DNA of 64,000 nucleotides from a virus: IMG/VR virus record IMGVR_UViG_3300042453_003699, positions 14,034 through 78,033 of that record; one strand, 5' to 3'. Positions 10,097 through 20,609 of the stretch are shown piece by piece. The notes below the pieces were generated by a model that searched no databases, was not told the origin of the DNA, and was given only the letters and a program-made list of their open reading frames with translations. Each line of letters begins with the position of its first letter. Position 1 is the stretch's first letter. Both the position numbers and the translations under genes were made by a program.

Positions 10097-10582
10097 TTGA
10101 TGCTTACCATCTATGTAAAACCTATCTTAAATGGAGTGGTCCGAAAAAACGATCTCGCGAAAGTCCTTTTAGGTAGGCTCAAGTACAGTCTTGCTCGGTT
10201 GGGGGAGAAACAAATCCGAAAAGCGACCAAAGACTCGTTTAAGGGTGGAGGTAAAAGAATCAGAAAGTCGGTATCCTACACCATAGGAAAAAGTAGTGTC
10301 ACTTTTCACATCAGCCAGATCGGTATTTACCATAACTACGGGGTACGAAGGCACAAAATGGAATACCTCAAGAAAGCCAAAAGACCGATACCGATAACAC
10401 TAGAAAACGGTGAAGTTATTTTCCGTTGGGCATCGAAGAAGTCGATGAGCAAGAGAGGCTCTTGGTATCATCCCGGAATCAAAGCCAAAGGTTTCCTAGA
10501 AAAAGGCACAGCCAAAACGAAACAGGAGTTCCGAAAAAGGTTGATTGAAGCAACCAGTCGGTACTTGCGAGGCGCTAAATGA
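10097..10582 (+). CDS. Basic virion morphogenesis protein (HK97 gp10-like)
   Basis: Very basic; YHNYG and HPGIKAKGFLEKG motifs. Confidence 0.55.
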   Translation: MMLTIYVKPILNGVVRKNDLAKVLLGRLKYSLARLGEKQIRKATKDSFKGGGKRIRKSVSYTIGKSSVTFHISQIGIYHNYGVRRHKMEYLKKAKRPIPITLENGEVIFRWASKKSMSKRGSWYHPGIKAKGFLEKGTAKTKQEFRKRLIEATSRYLRGAK

Positions 10583-11715
10583 ACATTCAAATTCTAAATC
10601 TTGAGAACTCTTTCAAAAAAGATCTGAGGATGTACGCGCAGTTCAGTGGCTCTAGCGTCTTCATTTACCCATCAAGAGCGAACAGCTCAGGGAAGAATCT
10701 CTACACAATCTTTTCAGGGGAGTCGTTCTCCAAGTTCCCAAGGAACTCCTCAGAGTCTTTTGTAAATCAAGTTACTCAGATAGATTTTTCTACGGGGTCG
10801 GTGGGGGATGGTGTCTCTTCCAGCTTTACCCCAATATCTCCCTCGGTTGGGCAAGCAGTCATCGGAGTTATCGCTATTGACCGAAACGACCGAATCTTCA
10901 TCAGAAACAACTCTGCCCAGAGCATCTCTTCTGCGGATTTTGATTTTCAAAACGCCGCTTTCCCAGTTCAGAAGGGGCGCATTCCCTTGTATGGGTTTAT
11001 GGTCTCCAATGAATCAGGGGTTTCTAAGGTAGCCAAGATTTTTGATCTTCGCCCTGATTTCAACAATGTCCCTTTTGATACAGCGGATGTGGTCTACACA
11101 AACACGGACAACTTTTCGATAGGGTCTGTTTTTAGAGAGTACCTATACGCCGATGCAGTGGCGGCGCAGAATCAAATCACAATACGGTCTACTAAGCTAA
11201 AGAGGGGAGATAGCATTTCGATTATTTCCTCAACGACGGTAGCTCAAGTGAGAACTGTTTTGTCTGTAAGCTACGGCGATGTGTTTGATACGATCACACT
11301 GGATCAAAACTTAACAAGCCCCGTCACAGTTCAAAACTGTGCTGCTATTACCATCAACACATTCTCCGACGCGTCACAGGTGTTTAACGGCGGGTACGGA
11401 AAGGTTCTTTTTGATTTTGGATGGCGTTCCTGTTCTTCGGGTTTGGCAGAAACACTTACTCACAATTTATCGCTTCCTTTAGGAACCTACTACCCTGTTC
11501 TGTACTTCAACTCCACGAGAACAATGAACGGTGCAAAAACGCTTTGTGCTTTTAATTACAGCGCGACCTCGGTTGGCGTTCAACTCATACTTACCAGTAC
11601 AACAACAGTTGTAAGATTTGCGAGCAATGGGATTTATCCCACTCTCAATAGTTCTGGTCAGGTAACAGGATTTCAAACGACTGGCTTTTACAGGCTGATT
11701 ATTTTGGGGAACTAG
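10579..11715 (+). CDS. Fibre/baseplate-associated structural protein, paralog 1
   Basis: Ser/Thr-rich beta protein; shares N- and C-terminal motifs with the next two ORFs. Confidence 0.65.
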   Translation: MNIQILNLENSFKKDLRMYAQFSGSSVFIYPSRANSSGKNLYTIFSGESFSKFPRNSSESFVNQVTQIDFSTGSVGDGVSSSFTPISPSVGQAVIGVIAIDRNDRIFIRNNSAQSISSADFDFQNAAFPVQKGRIPLYGFMVSNESGVSKVAKIFDLRPDFNNVPFDTADVVYTNTDNFSIGSVFREYLYADAVAAQNQITIRSTKLKRGDSISIISSTTVAQVRTVLSVSYGDVFDTITLDQNLTSPVTVQNCAAITINTFSDASQVFNGGYGKVLFDFGWRSCSSGLAETLTHNLSLPLGTYYPVLYFNSTRTMNGAKTLCAFNYSATSVGVQLILTSTTTVVRFASNGIYPTLNSSGQVTGFQTTGFYRLIILGN

Positions 11716-12870
11716 ATGGCAAACATAAACATTCAAACTTCGGAACAAAACAGTTTAAGGGGTGTTTCAAATTCCATCAGCTTTTTCCCAGTAGGGAACT
11801 CTCTGGTAATGAGCATTCCAGAGGGTCAGCGTGTATTTTTTGAACAGGGTAGACCTTCTCTTTTTCCAAAAAGCTCCTCTGGGGATTATTCTGGGGGCGG
11901 GTCGGTTTTCTTCAACTTTGTAAACGGAGAGGTTTCCGGCAAAGATGAGTCTTCCGATAACTTCATACCTTCAATTCCCGCGACGGGTCAGTTTCGTGCG
12001 ATTACTTTCGCTCTGGATCAAAACAGCGAACTCGTCTCGTTTTCTGGAACATCCGGCACGCAGGTTCAAGTAACTGATGGTGTTCTAAGTTCTGATCCTG
12101 TGTACTTGGGCACTCAGCCGATACAAACCACGAAACTTTTTACTGTCGTCCTGAGTTCCACGGACGGTGTATCCCTAAACGATATAGACGAGGGGCTCAT
12201 CTTCTCATATCTCAACTCGCTTAGTTCTAATCCTGTGTCCGAGGAGATTTCCTACACGGGGCAATCTCTTACCGTAAAAGAAGCAGTCTTGAACGATCTG
12301 TTTGTAGGGGCAACGAGCTACCAAACATCAAGAACATCTCTCAAAGCAGGGGACGCAGTAGTAATTGAGCGAACAGTAGGTCTGGCTCTTGAGGAGTACC
12401 CTGTCACTATCACTGGGGTTACTAATGGAGCTACCAACGATACGGTTTCTTTCTCACCTGCTCTGGTTTCACAGCACATCTTGGAGTTGAAGCCCTCTGT
12501 CAGAGTGGAATCACCCACGGCGTATAATCTCAATAGGGCTCTGTTCCAAAGGAACAAAAGGTTGGTTTTTGATTCGGGTTGGATTCAGGTTGTCCTTAAT
12601 TCAAACGGAATCGTACAAACCAATATCCCTGACCCATTGAGCGTGGTCCCGCTTGTTGTTTGGAACAGTACGAAAGATAGTTCAAATGTGACTGTTTTAC
12701 TCAACAGCTTTAGATCAAGCACCTCTAAAATAGGGGTACAGCTTTTTCCAGAAGGTGGGGGGCAGGGGACGATCTCCTACCACATCGGGGCTAACGGTGT
12801 TTTCTACAACTTTGAAACTTCCTCACTGGTCTTGGGGGGCTTTATCAGAATTTTCTTGAGGGAGATTTGA
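11716..12870 (+). CDS. Fibre/baseplate-associated structural protein, paralog 2
   Basis: Same architecture (VFDSGW ... GFIRIFL). Confidence 0.65.
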   Translation: MANINIQTSEQNSLRGVSNSISFFPVGNSLVMSIPEGQRVFFEQGRPSLFPKSSSGDYSGGGSVFFNFVNGEVSGKDESSDNFIPSIPATGQFRAITFALDQNSELVSFSGTSGTQVQVTDGVLSSDPVYLGTQPIQTTKLFTVVLSSTDGVSLNDIDEGLIFSYLNSLSSNPVSEEISYTGQSLTVKEAVLNDLFVGATSYQTSRTSLKAGDAVVIERTVGLALEEYPVTITGVTNGATNDTVSFSPALVSQHILELKPSVRVESPTAYNLNRALFQRNKRLVFDSGWIQVVLNSNGIVQTNIPDPLSVVPLVVWNSTKDSSNVTVLLNSFRSSTSKIGVQLFPEGGGQGTISYHIGANGVFYNFETSSLVLGGFIRIFLREI

Positions 12871-12871
12871 G

Positions 12872-15800
12872 ATGTCAAATATCAGAATTTTAAGCGCACA
12901 GAACTTCTCCTCTTCTGATGACTCACGGCTGTCTCTGTCCTTGATCGGCAAATCTACGGTCAGCTTGTCTCCAAGCCGAAGTGTTTCTTCAGACGGAACG
13001 GTAAAAGTCTCAAGACTCAGCCTGAACAAAGTATCCAAGTTCCCAAGGGATATGTCCGAGAATTTCCTAAATCTTGAGACTCGCATCGACTTTCAAGAGG
13101 GCTTGATTTCTGGGGGTTATCAAATTGAGAAAAGTTTCAACTTCGTAATTCCTGATACAAACAAGGCAGTTTGTATTTCGATACAAATAGACGAAGACGA
13201 TCGAATCAAGTTTGTCTATGGCAACGAAGACACCCTGACTAATTGCAGGACAGCGGCTAAGAACGCGGACACTTCAAATGGTTTAGTGAAATACGATTCC
13301 TCCTGCGCTCTCATCTGGATTGTTGTGGTAAACTCGATTGACGGGACCACTCTTGAAAACATCACCGATCAAGACCTTTTTGACATGAGGGTTTTTACAA
13401 ACACCTCTGATGTTTCAACAAAAAACCTTCAGCATAAAGACAATCAAGAGACCACAGGTCCAGTTCATTTCATCTTGGAAGATGTCGCTTCAGGTGAAAA
13501 CGACTTGTTGGTAGCGGGGTCTGTGTCTTTTGATACGGACGAAGTTTTTATTTTGAAGAGTCGTAACAGCCAGACCTCAACTGTGATTGAAGGTAGTCTG
13601 ATTGACCTCACTAATGGGTCGTACAGTGTTCGTCCGGTTTCAGAATCATCCTCCTCCAAGGCTCTGAGAAAGAGCAGTGGCGCGGATTGGGCTTTGGGTG
13701 TTGACTACAGTTATGGGAACAACCTCAAAACCGTTCCCGCAGTCGGCGATAAACTTTACGGCTCCAGTAGCGGGATCACCCTTTACAATGACTTCAACGG
13801 TCAGTCCGGCGGGTACGGAAGCCGAGAGTTATCTGAAATACTACCTGACCTACAGGTTTTTGCTCGGGATCTCAGCTCTTATGCTTCCTACACACCTTTG
13901 AATCGAGAGGTGGCGATCGACCCAGAAAGAGGAATTCTAAAGTTTGGGTCTGACCTCTACATGGGAGACGGCAGAGACGGAAATCTAATTCTTTCTAGTC
14001 CTTCCATTTTCAACCTAAACGACCCTATCGGTGGAATCACCTACTGCCGTTCAAGGAAAGTGACCAACAAGGTCAAAAAACTTGATCGGGTGATTGAATA
14101 CTCAGGGGCAGACTTAGCCTTGAACTCAGGGGACATTGTTGTCATCTATACGGGTCAAGTATCTTCCCTTTCGTCGAGCGTGGGTAATTACAGCGTACTC
14201 AAGGTAGACTCCGCAACGGCGAATGAAATCACGGTCTCTGAAAATATATCTCACAACCAGATTGGAGCTTCCTTCGATTTTGATGGCGAGTCCGATTTGG
14301 TCTTTGTGATGACCGTGCCTCAGTTCAACAATGTTACGGTTTCCGCAGGGGCAACTCTTACCTGTAGTGCTTACTCAGACACAGACGGTTTTGGTATCCT
14401 GAGCTTTTTTGCTAAAGGAACCGTTCAAACCCAAGGAACTGGAATCATCTCAGCCGATGGTAAGGGCTACAGAGGTGGTACAGTTCATGGTGGGGCGGGA
14501 GAAGGCTACTTACTATCTAGTTGGAATCAAATCAGGTCTAACTCAACCGACACCGGAGGAGCAGGTGGAACTTTCGGTCTTGATGGGGTTGATGGGGAAG
14601 TAGGTGGTTCTGACGGTTCTGGGTCTTTCCAAGCGATTGCCGGAAACGGCGGGGGTTCCGGCGGAAACGGCGGAGGCTCCGGCGGAGGAGGCGGTTACTC
14701 AGCTCTCGGTCAAACCGGAGGCTCAGGCGGTGTGGCAGGAGCCGGAGGAGGCGGAGGGGGAGCTACCTCTATTGCACCATCTCTTCCTTCAGGAACATCG
14801 TCTGACGGCGGACAAGGGGATTCAGGTTCAGGGTCATTCTCGGGCGCTAACGGTGGTGTTGGGGGATTTGGATTTACCGCAGGTTATAGCGCATCTGGCG
14901 GATCAGGGGGCGGTCTAGCGAATGCTTCCTCGTTGGGCGGGTCTGGGGGTAATTCCGAAGGTTCCGTTGATGTTGTTTCGGCTTTGTTTGGAGGGGGAGG
15001 CGGAGCCGCTGGTAAAGGCGGCGACGGAGGAGACGGTGCTTCGGCAGGGGGAGTGTCAGATAGTTCGGCAGGGGCATCAGGAGGAGGCAACACGGCGGGC
15101 TCTGGATCTTCCGGCGTAAGCTCAGGCGGGAATGGCGGGGGCTTGGTCTTGATCTTTGCCGATACAACTTCAAACCTTCGTGTTAGCTCGCGTGGATTAT
15201 CAGGTCTTGCGGGCGCGGCGGGCATCTTGGGCGGTAGCGCAGGTAATGGAAGCGTCTCTGGGACGATGTTTCCTCTAAGTGGATTAGGGGAAGGCGGACA
15301 CGGCGCGGGTGGCTCGTCAGGAGCAGGGGGCGGTGGGGGCGGTGGCGCAGGAGGCACGATACTGCTTTTTGTTAGGGACTCGTCTTCTGTCAATTTCATA
15401 AATGCTACTGGAGCGTCGGGAGGCGCAGGGGGTAGTTTAGCCTCGTCTGCCTCCGCAGGTACAGGCGCTATCAACGGATTTGCTTCCGCAGGTGGCGGTG
15501 GCGCGGGAGGGGCGGGAACCGCAGGTTCCTCTGGAGGCTTGGGGGCGGACGGTCGCATCCGGCTCAACTATTTTTGGTACTCGGGGGCATACCCATCCGC
15601 CGGATCTGGCGCTTCTGCGTGGTCTGTTTCAACCCCGACTGGATTTTTGGGCAAGATCAAACGGGTCGATGAAAGCAGATACATTCGGGCATCTTACAAC
15701 TTCTACGACGAGAACACAGACTTTGACTCAAAGTCCGAAGTGTGTGCTTTTGATTCGTTAGCGACAGAAAATTACGGGGCTATCGTAGCTTCTCGCTTAA

Positions 15801-16225
15801 CCTTGAAAGCCCCTCTCAAGCTATCCCACAGTCTTTCTGACGGAGCGTGTATCGTTAGGAAAAAACAATCCATGCCCGTGGATCGCTTGTTGAACCGCTA
15901 TCCAAACAGAATACTTTTTGACAGCGGTCTTCTCGCGGCGAGCGTAGGTACGCAGGTGAATGGTTTGAAGCACGGCGTAAAACTAAGTCCTTCCCAATAC
16001 ACTCCGCTTATCTATGTCTACCCTGCAACTTTTACCAACTATCTGGACTCTGCGCCGTTCTTCAATGACCGATTTGTGAATGGTTCCGAAGTGGTGGGGG
16101 TCTACCTCGAAGTGGAAGAAACCACTTTGTCGTACACGATAGGTCATAGCGCAATATACTATTTGTTGGAAGAGAACATCAATCTTACCAATGGGTTCAT
16201 CCGTATAATTTTTGTGAGGAACTGA
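12872..16225 (+). CDS. Structural protein, paralog 3, with a long glycine-rich insert (putative adhesin)
   Basis: Shared termini; G.G.DG.L start of a Gly-rich domain and about 370 aa of GGx repeats. Confidence 0.75.
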   Translation: MSNIRILSAQNFSSSDDSRLSLSLIGKSTVSLSPSRSVSSDGTVKVSRLSLNKVSKFPRDMSENFLNLETRIDFQEGLISGGYQIEKSFNFVIPDTNKAVCISIQIDEDDRIKFVYGNEDTLTNCRTAAKNADTSNGLVKYDSSCALIWIVVVNSIDGTTLENITDQDLFDMRVFTNTSDVSTKNLQHKDNQETTGPVHFILEDVASGENDLLVAGSVSFDTDEVFILKSRNSQTSTVIEGSLIDLTNGSYSVRPVSESSSSKALRKSSGADWALGVDYSYGNNLKTVPAVGDKLYGSSSGITLYNDFNGQSGGYGSRELSEILPDLQVFARDLSSYASYTPLNREVAIDPERGILKFGSDLYMGDGRDGNLILSSPSIFNLNDPIGGITYCRSRKVTNKVKKLDRVIEYSGADLALNSGDIVVIYTGQVSSLSSSVGNYSVLKVDSATANEITVSENISHNQIGASFDFDGESDLVFVMTVPQFNNVTVSAGATLTCSAYSDTDGFGILSFFAKGTVQTQGTGIISADGKGYRGGTVHGGAGEGYLLSSWNQIRSNSTDTGGAGGTFGLDGVDGEVGGSDGSGSFQAIAGNGGGSGGNGGGSGGGGGYSALGQTGGSGGVAGAGGGGGGATSIAPSLPSGTSSDGGQGDSGSGSFSGANGGVGGFGFTAGYSASGGSGGGLANASSLGGSGGNSEGSVDVVSALFGGGGGAAGKGGDGGDGASAGGVSDSSAGASGGGNTAGSGSSGVSSGGNGGGLVLIFADTTSNLRVSSRGLSGLAGAAGILGGSAGNGSVSGTMFPLSGLGEGGHGAGGSSGAGGGGGGGAGGTILLFVRDSSSVNFINATGASGGAGGSLASSASAGTGAINGFASAGGGGAGGAGTAGSSGGLGADGRIRLNYFWYSGAYPSAGSGASAWSVSTPTGFLGKIKRVDESRYIRASYNFYDENTDFDSKSEVCAFDSLATENYGAIVASRLTLKAPLKLSHSLSDGACIVRKKQSMPVDRLLNRYPNRILFDSGLLAASVGTQVNGLKHGVKLSPSQYTPLIYVYPATFTNYLDSAPFFNDRFVNGSEVVGVYLEVEETTLSYTIGHSAIYYLLEENINLTNGFIRIIFVRN

Positions 16226-16413
16226 TGTCCAACGAATGGAAAAAAGATCATCCTAAAATTCTGAACAAGCTGGAGGGGATACTCTTCCAAACCTCTTGGC
16301 TCATGGAGCAAGAGCTTAAAAAACAGGAAAAGAAACTCAAGCAGGTTAAGGCTGTTCTTGAACAGAGCTTGAAGAATGAGGCGGAATGTCGAGCACGAAC
16401 TGGGAAGAAATAG
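16225..16413 (+). CDS. Small coiled-coil hypothetical protein
   Basis: TGATG coupling; 62 aa. Confidence 0.55.
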   Translation: MSNEWKKDHPKILNKLEGILFQTSWLMEQELKKQEKKLKQVKAVLEQSLKNEAECRARTGKK

Positions 16414-18857
16414 CAGGAGGATTCCTGTTTGGAAAAGTATTCTCTCCCCTTGAAAGCCTAGCGACAGGCATTCAAAAGATACTCGCGCCCATCAATACTA
16501 TCCTTGGCGTTTTAAGGTCGATCCTAAAAATCATCCGAGTTTTCCTGATCGAGACCACTTCGATCATCCTTGCTTTGATAAAAACGCTAGTCAAGCAGAT
16601 CACGGATTTCATACGAAGCATAGCTAACGCGGGGATTTATTGGTTACTGATCGCCCCAGACAACACAAGCACCAAGTCGTTTTTTGAAACAGGTCGCGGT
16701 GGCTTTGACGGCTTTGTGAACAAGATCATCAACAGTTTGGATGACAGTGCTGATCCGCTTCGCCCCCAGTTTTCAGAAGCAGAAAAAGTCGGCGGTGTTG
16801 CTCTCGCTTTAAGCAGTGGGAACATCATGCAAGCGATGAATTTTCTCAGCCTAATTAGTCAGGCTTTTACAAGAACTTTCGACAAGATTTACCCTGCTCT
16901 GAGTATTACGGGGTTTTCTGGAAACAGCGCAAATGTGATTCAGTTCAAGCGCCCTTCTCTGCCCACGACCTTCTTCACGAATGTTAAGTTCATATTGGAG
17001 AGGTCAACTCAATCAGGTGGTGAGGAGCAAGCCTTTGCCGCTCAAAGATCCGCTACGAATAATGTGGTGGGACAGGACTTGACCGAAACCCGAGTAGATG
17101 ACCAAAGAAATAGTCAGACAATAGCAAAGTGGATCACGGTGAAAACCGTAGAGTATAACAATCAGCTTGTTGCGCCTGAGCAGATATTGTTTATTGACCA
17201 AAACACTTCAGGTCTTGCTCCCCACTTGGTGAAGTTTGATCTTAGTAAACAAGCTCAATCCCAAGCGTTTTTTACAAATGTGAGCACCGAGAGTCGCGGG
17301 GCTTTTATTTCATCTGTCAGAAATCTTGGCTCCCTTGGACCTAAGACCTTCGATATGTTCACCACGAACATCGCCGGATTTCCTTTAGTTGCCCCCACAC
17401 TTGCGACCATATCTCAAATAGAGACCACGATCCAACGATCGGCGATGTCAGACACATTCAAGTCGAAACTTATGGGACAGGCGTATATTGACTTCAGGAT
17501 CAATGGAGTCCCTATCCCCTTTAAGACAAAATACACGGGCTCCGACATATCTACAGCACCCGACTACTATGTAACTGATGTCACAGACACTAGAATTACT
17601 TTGAACAAGCCCGTTCCTATTGGCTCCACGATTGAACTTTACACCTATGTAATGGCATCGTCAGCCGACATATTGGTTTTGCGGGAATTCAACGCAGGTC
17701 ACTCCGTCCGTATTCCCTTCACTGGGGTCAATCTTGGGGGCGGTTACACTTCGATAGAGCTAAACAGTAATACGGGGTCTGCCGACAAGCCGTTGCTACA
17801 AAACGGTCAGCCCTATTTTTACAGACTACGCATCGAAGCTAATGGGTTCACTAGAGACGGTATCAACGGCGGTGTTTCAAACGAGATTAGACTCGTACCC
17901 AAGCAAGCGTTTGCTCCGAATCAGACTCCTGCCTTTTGCATGAGCGGTAAGCAGGGTCCGTTTATCATCCAACCCGGCGAAAACATCCTTCATTTAGAAT
18001 TATCGAACGGTAAGAAGTACGCGGTAAGCCTTCCCATTTCAAAAAGAAATGTGTTTGCTCAAACCTCTACAGAGTTCAACAACAACTTCGGTTTGATTAT
18101 CAGTGACAAGTTCAGTGGAAGAGCGACTACAGCTCTTTTAAGTGACACTCTCGAAGCCGCCATCGAAAAGTCCAGAAGAGGGGTAAACGGTTTAACCTTC
18201 GATTATGTGGATGGTGCGGGCAATCGTGTGCTGATTCTACCCGGCGACTACATACCGATTGATATTGAAGAGGTGATCTCCGAGATACAAACCCAAATCG
18301 GCGACCCCTCCGTTCTAGTAAGGGCTCACAACGGCAGAGTTTTGATTCAAGACGCTTCCAACACGGCTTCGGGTAGTATGGTTAAATTTTTGAGAGACTG
18401 CCCGTCCCTTGGATTTAGCACTGGGATTTGCATGAATGTCATCAAGCCGACACCTCCTGACTGGGCTCGTGCGGCTGTAAAAGATTTATTCCCGCAGATC
18501 AATCAAGTCGCAGACCTAATTGATGCTTTTACCAACAATGTTCTTAGTTCCGCAGAATCGGCGGTAAAAGCCATCGTTGATTTTATCGACTTGTTGGACG
18601 CAAAGATAAAGTCGATTCAAGATTTCATCACAAGAATCAACTCCCTTTTGGATGTCGTCAAGAATCTCAAGCTAGAGCTACCAAATATGTACAAGTTGGA
18701 GATCCCTCTACAGAACGGTACGAGCGGTCTTCGCAGTTTCATTGAATCGGCTATTCGACCAACTTCTAGTTCTTCTGACTACACAGTAGGGATTGTTCTC
18801 GTTTCAGGGGGGAAGGGATCAGGAACCATTGTTCCGATCCTGCACGCGATTATATGA
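16386..18857 (+). CDS. Large virion structural protein
   Basis: 823 aa; amphipathic helical termini; FnIII-like segments (GQPYFYRLR...SNEI). Confidence 0.7.
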   Translation: MSSTNWEEIAGGFLFGKVFSPLESLATGIQKILAPINTILGVLRSILKIIRVFLIETTSIILALIKTLVKQITDFIRSIANAGIYWLLIAPDNTSTKSFFETGRGGFDGFVNKIINSLDDSADPLRPQFSEAEKVGGVALALSSGNIMQAMNFLSLISQAFTRTFDKIYPALSITGFSGNSANVIQFKRPSLPTTFFTNVKFILERSTQSGGEEQAFAAQRSATNNVVGQDLTETRVDDQRNSQTIAKWITVKTVEYNNQLVAPEQILFIDQNTSGLAPHLVKFDLSKQAQSQAFFTNVSTESRGAFISSVRNLGSLGPKTFDMFTTNIAGFPLVAPTLATISQIETTIQRSAMSDTFKSKLMGQAYIDFRINGVPIPFKTKYTGSDISTAPDYYVTDVTDTRITLNKPVPIGSTIELYTYVMASSADILVLREFNAGHSVRIPFTGVNLGGGYTSIELNSNTGSADKPLLQNGQPYFYRLRIEANGFTRDGINGGVSNEIRLVPKQAFAPNQTPAFCMSGKQGPFIIQPGENILHLELSNGKKYAVSLPISKRNVFAQTSTEFNNNFGLIISDKFSGRATTALLSDTLEAAIEKSRRGVNGLTFDYVDGAGNRVLILPGDYIPIDIEEVISEIQTQIGDPSVLVRAHNGRVLIQDASNTASGSMVKFLRDCPSLGFSTGICMNVIKPTPPDWARAAVKDLFPQINQVADLIDAFTNNVLSSAESAVKAIVDFIDLLDAKIKSIQDFITRINSLLDVVKNLKLELPNMYKLEIPLQNGTSGLRSFIESAIRPTSSSSDYTVGIVLVSGGKGSGTIVPILHAII

Positions 18858-19315
18858 GCAGATTTAATTTTCTAGGTCACCCCACAAAAGATCAGATTGA
18901 CGACTTGATGGAGTATTTGGATGTCAAATACAAGCTCATCGGTCAGCAAAAAGAGGCGCTTCAACACGAACTCAACAATCTTCAAGCCGTTTTAGGAAAA
19001 CTCCTAAAAGCGGAAGCGAAACTGGCATCTCAGACCAACAAGAAACCTGCTCATTTTGCTCTTGTCTCCTACATCAAAGCCCCTGTCATAAATGAGGACA
19101 AGACTTACTTTGATACCCACCGATACGCCTCAATCGAGACGGGTGCGGTCGTAGACTCTTTGCTGAGACCTTGGGTGGACCATGTGAAAAGAGATCAGGA
19201 AGACCTCGACTACAAGATACGAAAGGTTAAGTATTTGATCGAGCAGAGAAGCCAACAGATTCAAATACTGACTCAACTAGAAAGCGAGCTTAGGGACAAA
19301 GATGCAAACGAGTAA
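18854..19315 (+). CDS. Hypothetical helical protein
   Basis: ATGA overlap within the operon. Confidence 0.65.
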   Translation: MSRFNFLGHPTKDQIDDLMEYLDVKYKLIGQQKEALQHELNNLQAVLGKLLKAEAKLASQTNKKPAHFALVSYIKAPVINEDKTYFDTHRYASIETGAVVDSLLRPWVDHVKRDQEDLDYKIRKVKYLIEQRSQQIQILTQLESELRDKDANE

Positions 19316-19844
19316 GTTACAAGAAGTCCTTATCGCTATGGCGGACAACCTACGAGGTTATCCGAACATCAATCGCGAGGCATTTACCACGCTTGAGCGA
19401 GAGCTTCAGCAATCTTGGAACTACACTTATGGGCTAAAGTCGGTCTACTCTGATCGCAATTATGTGTTCAATGGGTGGGGTTCAGCTCCAGATGGTCTAG
19501 TAGTGGAACTTGTCGTTTTAGCTGTTCATGGAACGATGCTTTCCTCGACCGTAAAAAATGACGGACCACAATCCAAAAATGAAATCATACTCTTGAATAA
19601 ATCTTGGGTTCCGCCAGAGGCGAATGATCTCCAAAACACATCTAAAACCATTACGATGACGCTGAACACTCAAAAGAACCGTAACAAAAAGGTGACGATG
19701 AATAAGGATACTTTCATCCGAGCGCCGGGCGTTTTCATCGTCAATGAGCCTTTGATAGAGGAGATTACGGATATTTGGCAGGGCATCACCAATCCAATAA
19801 GTAGCTCACCAATTTTAACCTATAAGTACGAGAAGAAAAAATGA
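19302..19844 (+). CDS. Hypothetical protein
   Basis: AGGGA RBS; operon position. Confidence 0.65.
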   Translation: MQTSKLQEVLIAMADNLRGYPNINREAFTTLERELQQSWNYTYGLKSVYSDRNYVFNGWGSAPDGLVVELVVLAVHGTMLSSTVKNDGPQSKNEIILLNKSWVPPEANDLQNTSKTITMTLNTQKNRNKKVTMNKDTFIRAPGVFIVNEPLIEEITDIWQGITNPISSSPILTYKYEKKK

Positions 19845-20608
19845 GTACAGAGGTTAAGATTGAGACATTATGTGACCACAAGATCGTTGAGGATCTAGCG
19901 TTCCTTGAAGCGGATCGTAGAACTATATCTATTCCTAGAAGAGTAGCTGTAAGCAAAAGTCTGAAACTGAAGAGAAACGGATTCTTGATTTCACCCGATA
20001 GTCCCGAGTTTGGGTTCATCGTGGAAGAGTTAGAGCCGGGCATCAAGAAAGTCCTCTTCAAGAAACCGTTGAAGTCTCAAGACGACTTCTTTGAATTGAC
20101 CTACATCACTGTGGCGGAGGATTGCCCCAAGTGTGACGGAACTTCATTCCATTTTGATTTTGCGATTGATGAGCTTGGGCGTGCGGTTGTCATCCAAGGT
20201 GAAGAAAAACTAACACAGGATGTCGTCAAAGGGACTTTAACGATCAAGGGAACAAACCCCTATCACCCTTGGTACGGCACGATCTTGAACACCCTAATAG
20301 GATCAAAGATTGCGGACTTCGAGAAGCTAAAGCTCCTTATCTCCCAAGACATTCAAGAATTGTTTAGTAATATCAAGGATTTACAGATACAACAATCCGA
20401 AGTTCAGGAGATTGCCGACAAGGAACGAATCGAACAGCTTATCTCGATTCAGAGCGCCCGCCCAGACCCCTCGAACCCATCCCTCGTTACTGTTTCGATA
20501 ACTTACAGGAATAGGGCAGGAAACATCCGAGAAATCCAACGCGTACTCGACAGAAATACGGCGAGGGTGTTCGGGACTGCCCAAGATCGCCTGAAGGGTT
20601 ACAAGTGA
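19841..20608 (+). CDS. Baseplate wedge protein, gp25-like C-terminal domain
   Basis: KL.Q...K..LT..G.NPYHPWYGT motif; CPKC knuckle; directly upstream of baseplate J. Confidence 0.75.
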   Translation: MSTEVKIETLCDHKIVEDLAFLEADRRTISIPRRVAVSKSLKLKRNGFLISPDSPEFGFIVEELEPGIKKVLFKKPLKSQDDFFELTYITVAEDCPKCDGTSFHFDFAIDELGRAVVIQGEEKLTQDVVKGTLTIKGTNPYHPWYGTILNTLIGSKIADFEKLKLLISQDIQELFSNIKDLQIQQSEVQEIADKERIEQLISIQSARPDPSNPSLVTVSITYRNRAGNIREIQRVLDRNTARVFGTAQDRLKGYK

Positions 20609-20609
20609 T

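Noticed and set aside
14874-15567. Pro/Ala-rich minus-strand ORFs
   Set aside because: Antisense shadow of the glycine-rich tract in 12872..16225
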